From Octopus sinensis (Eukaryota), in assembly GCF_006345805.1 (NCBI RefSeq), contig NC_043021.1, positions 23,622,001 to 23,686,000 of the forward strand: a stretch of 64,000 nucleotides of DNA. Reading direction: 5' to 3'. Positions 1-11,920 of this stretch are shown piece after piece; position 1 is the stretch's first letter; each line of letters opens with the position of its first letter. Made by a program: the position numbers and the translations under genes. A model generated the notes under the pieces. The model searched no databases and was not told the DNA's origin. It was given only the letters and a program-made list of their open reading frames with translations.

Positions 1-392
1 TCGACTAGTTTTCTCCCCCAATATTTCAAGCTTTGCGCCTGTAATAGAACGACTATTATTATTTTTGTTTTACTCAATAAATACGTAATTCTACTTCAGT
101 TTTCTAATATTCCATACATTAAGTATGTTGACAATCAAATTATCTTTTATTTAACAAGTAGGTGGCAACCCTAACCATTCAGGACACGGCCGTCACTCTG
201 AGAGGTACTTTCAAAATACCCGCATCACCTTCTTTGTTATGGTACATTTCACTGCTACCATAAACCCATCATTTCTCGTTACTTAGATTTATAACGTTTT
301 TATAAGTCAGGCATTATGCACTGACCGAGTGTCTCTGTTTTTCCATTCATCCCTTCACTATTTTTTATAATCAATACATTATCGTATGAGAA

Positions 393-700
393 GGTGCATA
401 GCACAGTGGTTAGAGAGTCGGGCCCACAAGCATGAGGTAGTGAGTTCGACTCCCAGACCGAGGCGTGTGTTGTGTTCTTGTGCAAGACCCTTTATTTCAC
501 GTTCCTACAGTTCACTCAGCTGTAGAAATGAGTTGCGACCTCAGTGGTGCCAAGCTGTATCGGCTTTTCCTTTGGCATGGAAAAAGGAGGCAGGTATGCA
601 TAGCTGACTGCTTATCTTCCATAAACAACCCTGCCCATTCTTGTGCTTTGGGGGGGGGGCAACTTTCTAAGTGCAGACCCATGGTCATTCATGACCGAAG
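393..700 (+). mobile_element. tRNA-derived CORE-type SINE (inverted paralog at about 34130-34387)
   Basis: A box TAGCACAGTGG (399-409), B box GAGTTCGACTC (442-452), followed by a CORE-like TGTGTTCTTGTGCAAGACCC...CAGCTGTAGAAATGAG segment. Confidence 0.75.
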
Positions 701-941
701 GTTTTTTTTTACCCTTCCTTCTACGCGCCATCATTAACTTATCTATTCTTTACTCCGCCAGATTAGAGAGACAAAGAATTGGGGTCTTTGTTATCTACTT
801 GGCCTCCATTCCTCTCAAAATTACTGCTCTTTTGTTAAAAGTAGATAGAATTACTATTCACTCCCCCCAAATAAATAAATAAATAAACAATCCCCCAAAA
901 GTCAATTTTTGCATTCACTAATCACTGTCTAATATTCACAG

Positions 942-1168
942 GGTAAGATCTGGATAAATAGTATCACAAAATGTTTTGTGAAAGAGGCAACAAAAATCTA
1001 CCAACGTCCGTCAATCGATTGTAAAGAAGCTAACAAAATTGTCCTGGACATACAACAAAAATGTTATACAGACAATGATTTCTGTAATGTTGGCTGGAAG
1101 CACCGCAATGATCTGTGGAGAATATTCAGTAAACCCATAACCACGGCCAAAACACAATACTATAAAAT
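942..1168 (+). CDS. STC: Stanniocalcin-like gene, paralog A, exon 3, GKIWINSITKCFVKEATKIYQRPSIDCKEANKIVLDIQQKCYTDNDFCNVGWKHRNDLWRIFSKPITTAKTQYYK (exons 1-2 presumably upstream of the window)
   Basis: Acceptor TTCACAG|GGT, donor AT|GTAAGT, same 227 nt length and same four Cys as paralog B exon 3. Confidence 0.9.
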
Positions 1169-1417
1169 GTAAGTATTTGTTATTTTTGTTATTGTTGTTG
1201 GCGGTGGTGATAGTAATAGAGGAGGTGGTCGTGGTGGTGGTGGTGGTCGTGGTGGTGGTCGTAGTGGTGGTATTCGTGATGATGGTTGCATTGATCGAGT
1301 GAGGGACATCTTGGTGTTGTGGAGGGACATGTAATTGTTGGCGGAGACTCAGTTCAATTTTGCTCGAACATTCAGATGGACGGGTGTCGTTCTGGATATC
1401 AGGATATAACATATGTG

Positions 1418-1825
1418 TGGCTGTGTAGGAAGAAGCTTGCTTCCAAATCACATCGTTCCGGGTTCAGTCCTACTGCATGGCACCTTGGGCAAGTGTCTTC
1501 TTCTACAACCTCGAGCCGACCAAATCCTTGAGTGGATTTGATCGGCAGAACCTGAACGAAGCCCGTCGTTTGTATGTGTGTGTATATGTGTGTGTATGTG
1601 CGAGTGTATGTGTATCTGTGTGTGTTTGTTTCCCGTATCTGTGTTTTCCCAACCACAACGCACGACTACCGGTGTTGGTGTGTATACGTCCGCATGAATT
1701 AGCGGTTCGGCAAAATAGATAGGCTTAAACAATGAGGACTGGTATCGATACTCTCGACTAAAATTCTTCAAGGCGGTGCCACAATATGGCCGCAGCTTAA
1801 ATGAATGAAACAAGTAAAATATTGA
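1418..1825 (+). mobile_element. Abundant tRNA-derived SINE with internal (GT)n; further copies at 9770-10125(+), 24570-24950(-), 33020-33440(-)
   Basis: GTGGCTGTGT..AAG head, GGTTCAGTCC B-box-like motif and CACCTTGGGCAAGTGTCTTC core, repeated four times in the window. Confidence 0.8.
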
Positions 1826-2613
1826 AGATGTCTGTGTCTGGCTGAATAACATGCATTTACTACCCATTCCATCGTGGTGTGACGAATCATTGAGGGATAT
1901 TCTTTGCTGTTACATGTAAAATTCCCTGCTAACCTCTCAAAGCACCACCTTTGAATATTACGATAACAACGGCATGATAAGTCTATATCTACCAAGCAAG
2001 CAAATAAACAATCAACCAAGATAAAACTATGTAACCACTTAAAGCATGATATTTGTAGTGGAGGAAGTATTTTTTCTCTGCAATATTTTCCCAGCTCCTT
2101 TTTCAGTCATAGTGCCTATAGCTAAAGGAATATTTTCTCCATATTTCTATGGATATTGAGCTTTATTAAAGTGTTTTTGTTTTGTTTTTTTTGCTGCTGC
2201 TTTGAACGACAATCCTGTCTTATTTAGGTCGACATTAATCTTGTTTTCCTTTTAGGTAGAGGCAGTCTACGGCATTGTTGATGTAGGCACTTTTTGTACT
2301 AGTCAATATCTTTCAGGCTTTCAGATCAAGGGTTCCGATCTTATAAAACATTCAACCAAGTGGCCGAAATGCTGGAATGCATACTATATTGGTATTGCAA
2401 ATACATTGTGGTTCATTAATTTAACGTATTCAGATTGTTCTGAGATTCATATTTTCTTGTCCGTCTGTTAAATGTTTTAGTTACGCGTTCCCTGTTATAC
2501 AACCATCGTTAGATATGTTTTCATATACCCCAAGGTACCTGTGACATTCTTCATCAGATAGAGCAGTGACATTATTTACGTTATTTACAATTGATGGATA
2601 TTTGTTTGTTGTT

Positions 2614-2659
2614 AACACAACGTTTCGACTGATATGCCCTCCAGCCTTCATCAGGTGTC
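2614..2659 (-). ncRNA. Minimal type I hammerhead ribozyme in a solo pLTR-like repeat
   Basis: GACAC-CUGAUGA-A-GGCUG(GAGGGCAUAU)CAGUC-GAAA-CG-UU-GUGUU: 5-bp stem I, 5-bp stem II, palindromic stem III, GUU triplet. Confidence 0.7.
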
Positions 2660-2817
2660 TGAGGAAAATTTCGAACATGGGTTCTCATTCCTAAGGTGTT
2701 TTTTGATGTTACCATTCTTCTTCTTCTTCTTCTTTTTCTTCTTCTTCTTCTTCTTATTGTTATTATTATTATTATTGTTGTTGTTGTTGTTGTTGTTGTT
2801 GTTATTATTATTATTAA

Positions 2818-2860
<43 letters not shown>

Positions 2861-2861
<1 letters not shown>

Positions 2862-3283
2862 TATATTTGACTTTTGCTTTATATTTGTACAAGTTGGCTC
2901 CAAGTCTCACCCAGAGACCTCAAGAGACAACAGGTTGGAGGTTCATGTTGTTGTTATGCCTAGTGTGCCATATATTTGATTTTTTTGTGGGGGTGTTGTA
3001 CTAGTGAATGTCCAAAAAAAAAACGAAAATTATGTTTGTTTTAAACCTTGCGATTACATAGAAAGTATTTTGCGTAGGATATGAGCAGTTCCCATGAGCA
3101 CTATCTTTTGAATTTCTGCCAATTTTGGATTTCCTGGTATCTGAGTTAGGTAGCAATCATTCCCAGGGCACTTATGACAACAGGTATTGTTTTAGTCTTC
3201 AGGTTCCACATTTTGCTGATTTCTATTTCAAGATCGTTATATTTGCTCAATTTTTGGTAGGTCTTGACAGATACGTTTATATC
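2861..3283 (-). mobile_element. 5'-truncated R4/Dong-type (RLE) non-LTR retrotransposon, 3' end
   Basis: Translates to YQKLSKY.DLEIEI...LGM...KIVLMGTAHILRKILSM, matching 30310-30696. Flanked by (TAA)n arrays on both sides. Confidence 0.8.
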
Positions 3284-3499
<216 letters not shown>

Positions 3500-3519
3500 T
3501 TTAAAAGGATTGACGTAAC

Positions 3520-6210
3520 TCTTCCCAAAGGTAAACAGTCAAGACGAAGAGCGCGATTCGATTGTAAGGTATTTTATTAGTCGAACGATATTTCAACAGT
3601 ATATCTGCCTTTGTCAAGTTCAAAATAAGAAGTGATCAAAATTCAAAATTACAGAAATTTAAGCGTAAAGTATGAACGCGAGCAACCAGCTTACACGCGT
3701 TGATTGAATGACATCATCAGATTTTAAGTTACAATTTTATAACAGGCGAAAAGAAAAAGACAGAAAAAACCAGAAAAAAGAAGACGAAAGAAAAAAAGGA
3801 AAGAAAAAGAGAGAAAGAAGAATATTTAATCAAACAGTTTTGTATAAATTTGATGATATTCTCCTGTCATCTTATTCAACCCTCCAGGGCGTGATATTAA
3901 TAACCCACAAACATATTTCTCCTCATACATTCTGAGAAGTGAAAGTGAAACAGATTGAGACTATTTTCTGAGAATATGCACTTTAAAGTCTTCTTCAAAA
4001 TTGTAGCCGCTTGAAACGAAATGTCAGCAAGTTCTGTCCAACTACAGTTATTGCGCCTGGCGTCGAATCTGTGCCCATTAAACATAAATTGTGTTTCGTG
4101 CATTCTGCAGCGTACAGCAAATGGGAATCTTTACATATTCCACCCTCTGTATAAATCATATCATTTCTGTTATGATTTCTGATGAAATTCACTTCAATCA
4201 TGTTGTTGCACAATGAACAGGGCTTACCTCTCTTGCGACTGTTCTTTAAAGTACAGCGTGCAGATACTCCAATGTTCGTTTTCTTGTAGTCAGATATAGA
4301 GGTCAATAACTCTCTAACATTCTTATTCCGTCTAAAGGCTACAATAGGCAGCTGAGGAAATACCTGTTTGAAACGAGGATATTTTTTTGCCACATGCTGG
4401 TAACTTTCATGCAACACTTTTGAAATGTCAGCGAAATGTCGGTTCCAGCTAATCGCTAAATGAATTCTGTCATCCATTGTATTGTGTTTGCTAAAATTAT
4501 GCTTGTAGATTTACTATCTTTGCTAATCTTAGCTATTTCATTTGCTATTTCCTTTAATCGTGATTCACTGTAACCGCGTTTGACATAATGGCATACAAAA
4601 GCATTTGCATGTTTCCAGTAGTCCCCTATGCCAGTACAAATCCATTTTTTCCTCACAAATTGGGATTTCGGATTTGACCGAATAAGATGATGTGGATGAT
4701 CGGAGCGGCGATGGAGATAAATGTGGGACGACGTGGCTTTGCAAAATAACTGTCACTATTCTGCCTCCAGAAAACTTAACTTTTGGGTTCAAAAAATTCA
4801 ACGCTACTCTTTGAAAAACTAGACGTAAATTTTATGTTGGGCTTAACAGTCACAGAAACGCAAGAAGTCTATTAAACTATCCTGTGATCATTCCCAGACA
4901 AAAAATACGTCGTCAATGAACCGAAACCAGAGTATTGGTTCATGACCATGAAGGAATTTCAATATCTTCAGTAACTGTGTCTCGAATTTCGTCATGAAGA
5001 CATTAGCGAAATTAACTGCCGTGGGGGTGACCATGGCGCAACCCTTCGTCTGGTAGTAAAATCTTTGACTAAACTTCATTGTGTTACTTTCTAACACAAA
5101 CCTCAATAATCTACAGAGAAAATTTGATGGAACACTTTTGTTTGACCGCTCTTCGAAGGCATCCATGCATGCGTCTACCTTTTCATTGTAGTCAATATTA
5201 GGATATAAGGATGAAACATCCATGGTTACCAAAAAAGAGTTCTCAATATGGTCTCGGTGCTTCAAAATAAGTTGATTTCAGATACAAAATCAAAGGTATC
5301 CCGTATATATATGAACTTGATCGTTTTGCGACGGGGAGTAGAAAGCCATCCAGCCAATCCGAAATTTTGGCCGTGCAACATTCATATCCGCTGCAAATTG
5401 AGCGCATTGGATGAAATCTTTCGAACATTTTTGTGTATTTTAGGGAGACCATAATATACAGGTGTTCTTCTTTCTGACCTTAAAATCTTAGATTCAGCCT
5501 TATTAACGAAATTGTTTTCCTCCATTTCCAGAATTATTTTGTCAAGTTCCTCTCTGTAATTGGGGTTTGGATCGACGGGTAATGCCTCATATGAAGTTTT
5601 GTCACTTAAAACTCCTTCAAAATCCGAAATATACTCACTTGTGTCCATAATTACGATAGCACTTCCCTTATCCGCCATGTTAATAACAATAGAATCGTTA
5701 TTAGCTGGACGTCGGAGTGCATAACGTTGGAAATTTGTGAGGTTATTCCAGGACCCTTTTCACTTGACTTTCTCTAATGCTTGCCTGACAAGATTCACGG
5801 AATTCTAGTAATGTCAGTGAACGTCCATCCCGAACATTATCTGGATACCAATTGAGATTCTTTTCAATCCAATTATGCCAGGTTCAATAATCATCATTTT
5901 TATTTTTAGTAAACATAGGGTTTTCTGACTCCTCGTTACCAGCTTTTTAAAAAAATATTCTTTTAGCTTGTGACGCCGGACAAACTGAAATAGCCCTTGA
6001 GCTAGTTTATTCTTGTCGAAATTCTTAGTGCTTGGGCAAAAACTCAGTCCAAGCTCTAACACTGAGACATCATCGGGCGAAAGTTTTAGTTTAGATAAAT
6101 TTATGACCGACTTATTCTCTAGTGTGATGGTTTTTTCTCGGGCAAGTGGTTTTCAGAGCCTTTTTCTCATTAGATTCCTGACTACATTTTGGGCTTTGCT
6201 CGAAATCTTC
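3520..6210 (-). mobile_element. Degenerate Penelope-like element (RT + GIY-YIG) in intron 3 of paralog A
   Basis: Fragmented ORFs with INLS..LELGLSFCP, ADKGSAIVIMD, YGLPKIHK, TMDVSSLYPNI, GCAMVTP, WFRFIDDVF, and CSLC..C..LLYAAEC before a partly deleted GIY-YIG. Many frameshifts. Confidence 0.88.
3581..3623 (-). ncRNA. Minimal hammerhead motif with U3-A8 core in the 3' region of the PLE
   Basis: UUGAAC-UUGACAA-A-GGCAG(AUAUA)CUGUU-GAAA-UA-UC-GUUCGA: stems I and II pair, AUC triplet. Confidence 0.6.
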
Positions 6211-6329
6211 ACTTAAAACACGGAACCTATTGGGTGATAAAATTTGTTGTGAATGTTCACGTGAGAAGTTATAATTTTTAGTCGCCTTTCTAGGGGTAAC
6301 CCATTTCTGGGTGGGTGATAGACAGTGTC

Positions 6330-6890
6330 TTCTGTGGATTTTGTAGACATTTGAAAAACCTTTACTTTCGGGAAAGGAACAAATTTATTGTTTTCGAGGC
6401 AAAATCTTAAATGTGCTCGCATTTTTGACTGATCAAATAGAAACTTCCCTGGAGCGTTTCCAATGACCAGTTCAAATGCATACGCCAGGGTAAAAGGGCC
6501 ACAATCATATGCGCCAACTTGGGGATTAATTATATGAACTTGTTGAATTGTAGGAGTAATGTTTGTTTGTGGTGAATACAACGTTGATTTTGTGCCATTA
6601 GTTCCTGCGAAACTGGCAAATTCAAACTGTCATAAATATAAAAATCTCCTAAAAAATTGGTTGATAAAACAAAATGATTGTTCCTGGTGTGATGAATAAA
6701 CAGTGTGCGGTGTTGATTGTATGTTAGAAATTCCGTGTGATTATTATTCAGGTGCTCCACACAGAAATTGTAGGAGCTGCTTAGAGATATTGCTCGCTCT
6801 TCTGTTGGTGGCTAAAACCATGTCAATGTAGGGAATCGCTTTCGTATTCAGCGAGTATCTGAGGGTCGCAAGTGTCTCGCTTCTTAATCT
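6330..6890 (-). pseudogene. ULP1/C48-like cysteine-protease domain relic, probably transposon-derived (partial inverted copies at 29650-29790 and 31055-31222)
   Basis: NNHFVLS...YIYDSL...PQVGAYDCGPFTLAYAFEL..G..P..F.FDQSKMRAHLRFCLE..F.PFP gives a His-Asp-Gln-Cys arrangement; frameshifted near 6580. Confidence 0.65.
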
Positions 6891-7199
6891 GTACGCTCTG
6901 CCGGAGTTGGGCAACAACAAAAGGGCACGAGGCCACGTGTAATCCCCTGACAAGTGTCTCATCAAATCAGTCCTGAAATGTGGCTTCTTTCTTCTGATAA
7001 AAAAACGAGTCCACCAGTCAAATCTACTTGATTCTCTTAGTGTAAGATTTGTTGCAATATAGAAAGCAGGTTCCCTACAGTCGCTTTCGCCTTTTCTTGC
7101 TTCTGAAATTGGTATTTTCCCACCTCTTTGCAGAGTTGAATTTGCCTCCAGATTCAAACTGAGTTAGCATTAGACAATAAAAGAAAACTCTGTTACTCT

Positions 7200-7306
<107 letters not shown>

Positions 7307-7417
7307 TGTCTGTCTATCTATCAGTTTGTCTGATGTCTGCCTATTTGAGTGTGTTTGTCTGAGTGTTATTGACTGAGTGTGTTTGATTAAGACACCAATA
7401 TATTTTTTATATTGCAG

Positions 7418-7547
7418 AATGTGGAAAAATTTTGCCAAGATATCGTCAAAATGCAGTACGCCATCTGCTCAGAAATTAATACCATGGATCAAAGCCCACT
7501 TCGACGCTAGCGATGATTTGGCAACCCTGTGGAAGAAATTACATTAA
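7418..7547 (+). CDS. STC: Stanniocalcin-like gene, paralog A, exon 4 (terminal), (I)MWKNFAKISSKCSTPSAQKLIPWIKAHFDASDDLATLWKKLH*
   Basis: Acceptor TATTTTTTATATTGCAG|A, phase-compatible with exon 3 (AT+A), conserved KC.TPSA..L.PWIKAH, TAA at 7545-7547. Confidence 0.85.
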
Positions 7548-7623
7548 CGTACCTAGTTACTGGGAAGAATTCAAGATTTACTGACTTGTCGGACTTTGGA
7601 CTTGGTTATTTAGTATAGCTACC

Positions 7624-7711
<88 letters not shown>

Positions 7712-7864
7712 GTAATAAATGGGAACTGTTTCATTAGTGCAGTATATACTTGTAATTGTGTACATGTATGCACAAACAATACTAGCTTCCATATAGTTAT
7801 ATCTCCTATATTATTCATACATACATACGTACAAATATACATACATACATACATATATGTATAC

Positions 7865-7916
<52 letters not shown>

Positions 7917-8149
7917 GTATGAGTGTATATATATATGTGTATGTATTTGTATATATATATGTATATGTCTTCACACACACATACACACATATATATATAT
8001 ATATATATATAAAAGCAATTAAGATTCAAGTAACTTCCAATGAATTTACTTGAATTTATCTGCAACAATTTTTGCAACTTGTAATAAAGCCTGTCTTTGT
8101 ATGAAACAATTGTACTAAAAACCAATCCATTCTTGTTGCTTCTTTCTCG

Positions 8150-8218
<69 letters not shown>

Positions 8219-8220
<2 letters not shown>

Positions 8221-8430
8221 CGGGAAGCTTTATGAAAATAAACTAAAGACGACGGCAGGTGGAATACAAACAAACAATTGTATTAGTATGGCGCTCAGGA
8301 ATATAAATAAAACACGTCTTTTACGTTTCGAGCCTACGCTCTTCAACAGAAAGATACACAGAAAACAAACACGGAGAGAAACAAGGAGAGAAAAAAATGC
8401 GTGCAGAAGCTAGTGAATCAACATGGCGAT
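8219..8430 (-). mobile_element. Short (~210 bp) hammerhead-carrying non-autonomous element within (TA)n; second copy at about 53790-53990
   Basis: Two diverged copies share GGCGCTCAG/ACGCTCAG, TTTCGAGCCTACGCTCTT and GGAGAGAAA motifs; absent from the duplicated right arm. Confidence 0.65.
8317..8354 (-). ncRNA. Minimal hammerhead motif with CUGUUGA (U6) core
   Basis: UCUUU-CUGUUGA-A-GAGC(GUAG)GCUC-GAAA-CG-UA-AAAGA. Confidence 0.6.
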
Positions 8431-8454
8431 CTCTCTCTCTCTCTCTCTCTCTCT

Positions 8455-8511
<57 letters not shown>

Positions 8512-8925
8512 TGTATGTATGCATGCATGTATATTGGTATATCCAAGCAAGGAGGAACATGCACATATGGAAAGTATCTTAACTATCTGTAGAATAAAAA
8601 ATAACCAATTAATGATTATGAGAAATAAAGTTTGATGCCACTTCTGCTAGATCATTGCTATTTTTACTGTTATCATTGTTTGTGTTTCCTTGTTTAACCC
8701 CAGGGCAGCCTCGAAACAGTGTTAACTGACGTTTCAACCGTAACCATCATAAAATGTTTTGTCTTTAAATAGACATTTTCTGGTGGGCGTATTCTTCAAA
8801 TACTTTGTTTCTACAACAACAACATTTACCATTATTGGAGAACTGTATTTCAAGTGTTCACATGAAGTGAAAATATTTTTCTCATTGTGAGAAATATAGT
8901 TTGGTGACTATCCTGCCACCGAAAG

Positions 8926-9500
8926 TTGTTCGCTTCAGCCTCATCAACCCAAAAAAGATTAAAAAGCAAAAAGGCGGGCAACAATAGTTGCCCGCCAAAT
9001 GACCCTAAGGCTTCTGGAGGTGGTGTAGAGACTCCGGACAAAGCGGAAGAGCTCCATTCTCCCGAAGTCAGGAAGAAAAAAAAAAGAAAGAAGAACGGGT
9101 CATTGCAGGAGGGAGATGATGTGCCGTCTGCATGTCCCGACGTTTTGCCACCCACGGTGGAAGAAACGACCGTCACCCTTAAAGATAATGTACTAATTAT
9201 CTTTTTCTACAAGGGCGGGGAGGTGGAAAAAGTAGTCGAAGAACATAAAGAGACAGTAGATATGCCCTTCACACAGGATTCCGAATGGCCTCCGCAGATA
9301 GCTGTGGAGGTCATAAGGTTTCCCTTATGGGAAAGGCTTAAAGGATATTAGGAGGAGTTTCGTATATGGTGGGTTGGATATTACACGACCCAGATGTCCT
9401 TCATGAAATGGCGGGATACAGGAACTCAAGCAGCATTGAAGATGGTGATGAATATATCGATGAGTATGAGGTGGAAAAGCCTCGTGAGAGGGTTTGAAAC
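8926..9500 (+). pseudogene. Left copy of a gag/ORF1-like relic downstream of paralog A (zinc-knuckle segment deleted)
   Basis: Reverse complement of 25266-25810; in-frame TAG at 9349-9351; lacks about 160 bp present in the right copy. Confidence 0.45.
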
Positions 9501-10139
9501 CTCATTTTATTGTATTATTTGTAGTGGTTTATAACTTCAATTGTGTGTTTTTCATAAAAAATCAGGTTAAGTAAGAGGTTTTAGTGCCTCCTTGTAAGAG
9601 GTTTGAAATCTCATATTGATTTTAAAAAAAAAGAAAATATGTTTCCGAGAAAAATCCAATCGGCGGGTGTTGGGCCTCGTCTCTCATTTATTCATTTTAT
9701 TTCATTTTCATTCCTTAATGTGTTTGTCCAGCCCAGAAAGCTACCCAATCTTTGTACTTTTATTAAATAAAGTAGCTTGCTTACGAACCACTTGGGCAAG
9801 TGTCTTCTACTATAGCCTCGGGCCGACCAAAGCCTTGTGAGTGGATTTGGTAGACGGAAACTGAAAGAAGCCGTATATATATGTGTATATGTATGTGTGT
9901 GTGTTTATGTGTATTGTGTTTGTCCCCCAAACATCGCCTGACAACCGATGGTGGTGTGTTTGCGTCCCCATAACTTCGCGGTTCTGTAAAAGAGACCTAT
10001 AGAATAAGTACTAGGCTTACAAAGAATAAGTCCTGGGGTGGATTTGCTCGACTAAAGGTGGTGCTCCAGCATGGCCACAGTCAAATGACTGAAACAAGTA
10101 AATGAGTAAAAAGAGTAAAAGAGTACTACAAGTATGAAA

Positions 10140-10445
10140 ACGACAACAGCAATACTCCTTTCTACCATAGGCACAAGGTCTGGATCTTGTGGGGAGGGTC
10201 ACACGCGATCACATCGACCACAATACACAACTGGTACTTAATTTATCGACACGGGATAGATGAAAGGCAAAGTCGACCTCGGCATGATTTGAACTCAGAA
10301 CGTAGTGACAGACGAAATACCTCTTTGTTTACAACCCACATGGGGCTAAACACAGAAGGGACAAACAAGGACAGACAAACGGATTAAGTCGATCACATCG
10401 ACTGTAGTGCGTAACTGGTACTTAATTTATCGACCCCGAAAACTG
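10140..10445 (-). mobile_element. tRNA-derived SINE of a second family (compound); copies at 20098-20330(+), 22040-22430(+, degenerate), 37995-38057(-, head only)
   Basis: Shared GGCGGCGAGCTGG head, GAGTTCAAATTCC B box, GTCGATAAATTAAGTACCAGTT body and TCTGTGTTTAGCC tail. Confidence 0.8.
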
Positions 10446-11040
10446 AAGAAATTTAGTCGAACGAATCGATTCCAGTACTTATTTTTAAAGCTTCGTATTT
10501 CTTCCAACGGTCCATTTTGCCGAACCACTAAGTTTCGCCAAACCGCTAAGTTACGGGCGTTTAGTCACAACTACATCGGATTTCAAGTGGTAGTGGGAGG
10601 CAAACAGGTACATCACACACCCACAAACCCACACATCGAAATTCCTTCTGTTTTCATCTACTAAATCCCCTCACAAGATTTTGCCTTATTGGATTTTCAA
10701 AGCATAAAACTAATAATAGCACATATTTAAGTACTGTGTATGTTTATAGAAAATCATAATTTTTTTGTTTTTTGGAATGCTGCATCTCAAAGCAGAGACC
10801 CTATCAAAAATAGCAACGAAATATTGGGTTACTTCCATCATTCATTCACTGTCCCGTCACTGTCTCTCACATAATACCCTTTCTCTGCTACCTCTAATTC
10901 ATCACTCTTAGCACTGCCTTTTCCATCTTTCTTTGATGGATTCGAGACTATAGAAGAAGACATTTGCCCAAAGTACCACGCCCTGGGAATGAACGCACAA
11001 CCATGTGGTTGGGAAAGAGACTTCTTACCACGCAGCTAAA

Positions 11041-11330
11041 TAGTGTGAAGGTTTGTGGTCTAGTAGTGAGAGTATTGCACTCACAATTGCGAGATTGTGG
11101 TTTCGATTCCCAGCGTACTGAAATCTAAATGAATAATCCTGCGATGGACAGGCGTTCCGTTCGAGGGGAATGTTGGCCTGCCTCTCAAACCAGTGAGACA
11201 GTATATTTCAAAAGCTAGAGCCATGCGATGCGCATTGTGACCAGCGGTGTACAATAACATCTGATAATCTGGTCGATACCGCGATGCTGTGATATATAAA
11301 ACATATATAAAAGTATAACTATAGCGATCA
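11041..11330 (+). mobile_element. Degenerate tRNA-derived SINE
   Basis: TGTGGTCTAGTAG A-box-like and GGTTTCGATTCC B-box-like motifs. Confidence 0.5.
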
Positions 11331-11595
11331 TTAAACTTATAAACTGTGTCTTCTTTAATGAAGAAACCTTTCATTAGAACATGGACAAGTATAACTAATC
11401 ACCAAATCACCTTATCACCAAATCCAGAACAGCGTCTGTTTCAATATTAGACAGCAAATTAGGTGTTTTGTGATGCTATTAGCTGTAACAGAACAAAATC
11501 AAGTGTGTGGACTTCAAAAGTACACCCCTACCATCGATGTGGCAGTTCGCTGCTGATTGTCAGCGACCCCAGTCGTCCTTGATCTCCTCCTTGGC

Positions 11596-11626
<31 letters not shown>

Positions 11627-11636
11627 TATATGTGTG

Positions 11637-11669
<33 letters not shown>

Positions 11670-11674
11670 CCATG

Positions 11675-11724
<50 letters not shown>

Positions 11725-11920
11725 CATACAAAAATCATTGAACAAGCAAATACAAAGTCAACCGCATGTCATTTCATAATTCGAACATTTAATTATAGAA
11801 TAAACATATAACCCGCAAGATGGAACAAAATTCATATGTACAGCACGTAATAATAATAATATGGTATGGTGCGAGAAAAATTCTTATCATTAAAACTTAG
11901 AATTAATATTCTAGCGATTC

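Noticed and set aside
393-470. tRNA-like sequences (also 20098, 30950-31010, 32575-32648)
   Set aside because: A and B boxes are present but there is no complete cloverleaf, and they run into SINE bodies.
2084-2135. Pyrimidine tract with two AG sites as an alternative STC exon 4
   Set aside because: Both acceptors hit TAA within 11 codons and give no Cys; the 7418 and 29397 exons fit far better.
7606-8635. Many ORFs of YIYI, IIII, THTH or LSIY type (also 11507-11811, 39235-39610, 50794-51262, 54282-54789, 60974-61356)
   Set aside because: Translations of di-, tri- and tetranucleotide microsatellites; not genes.
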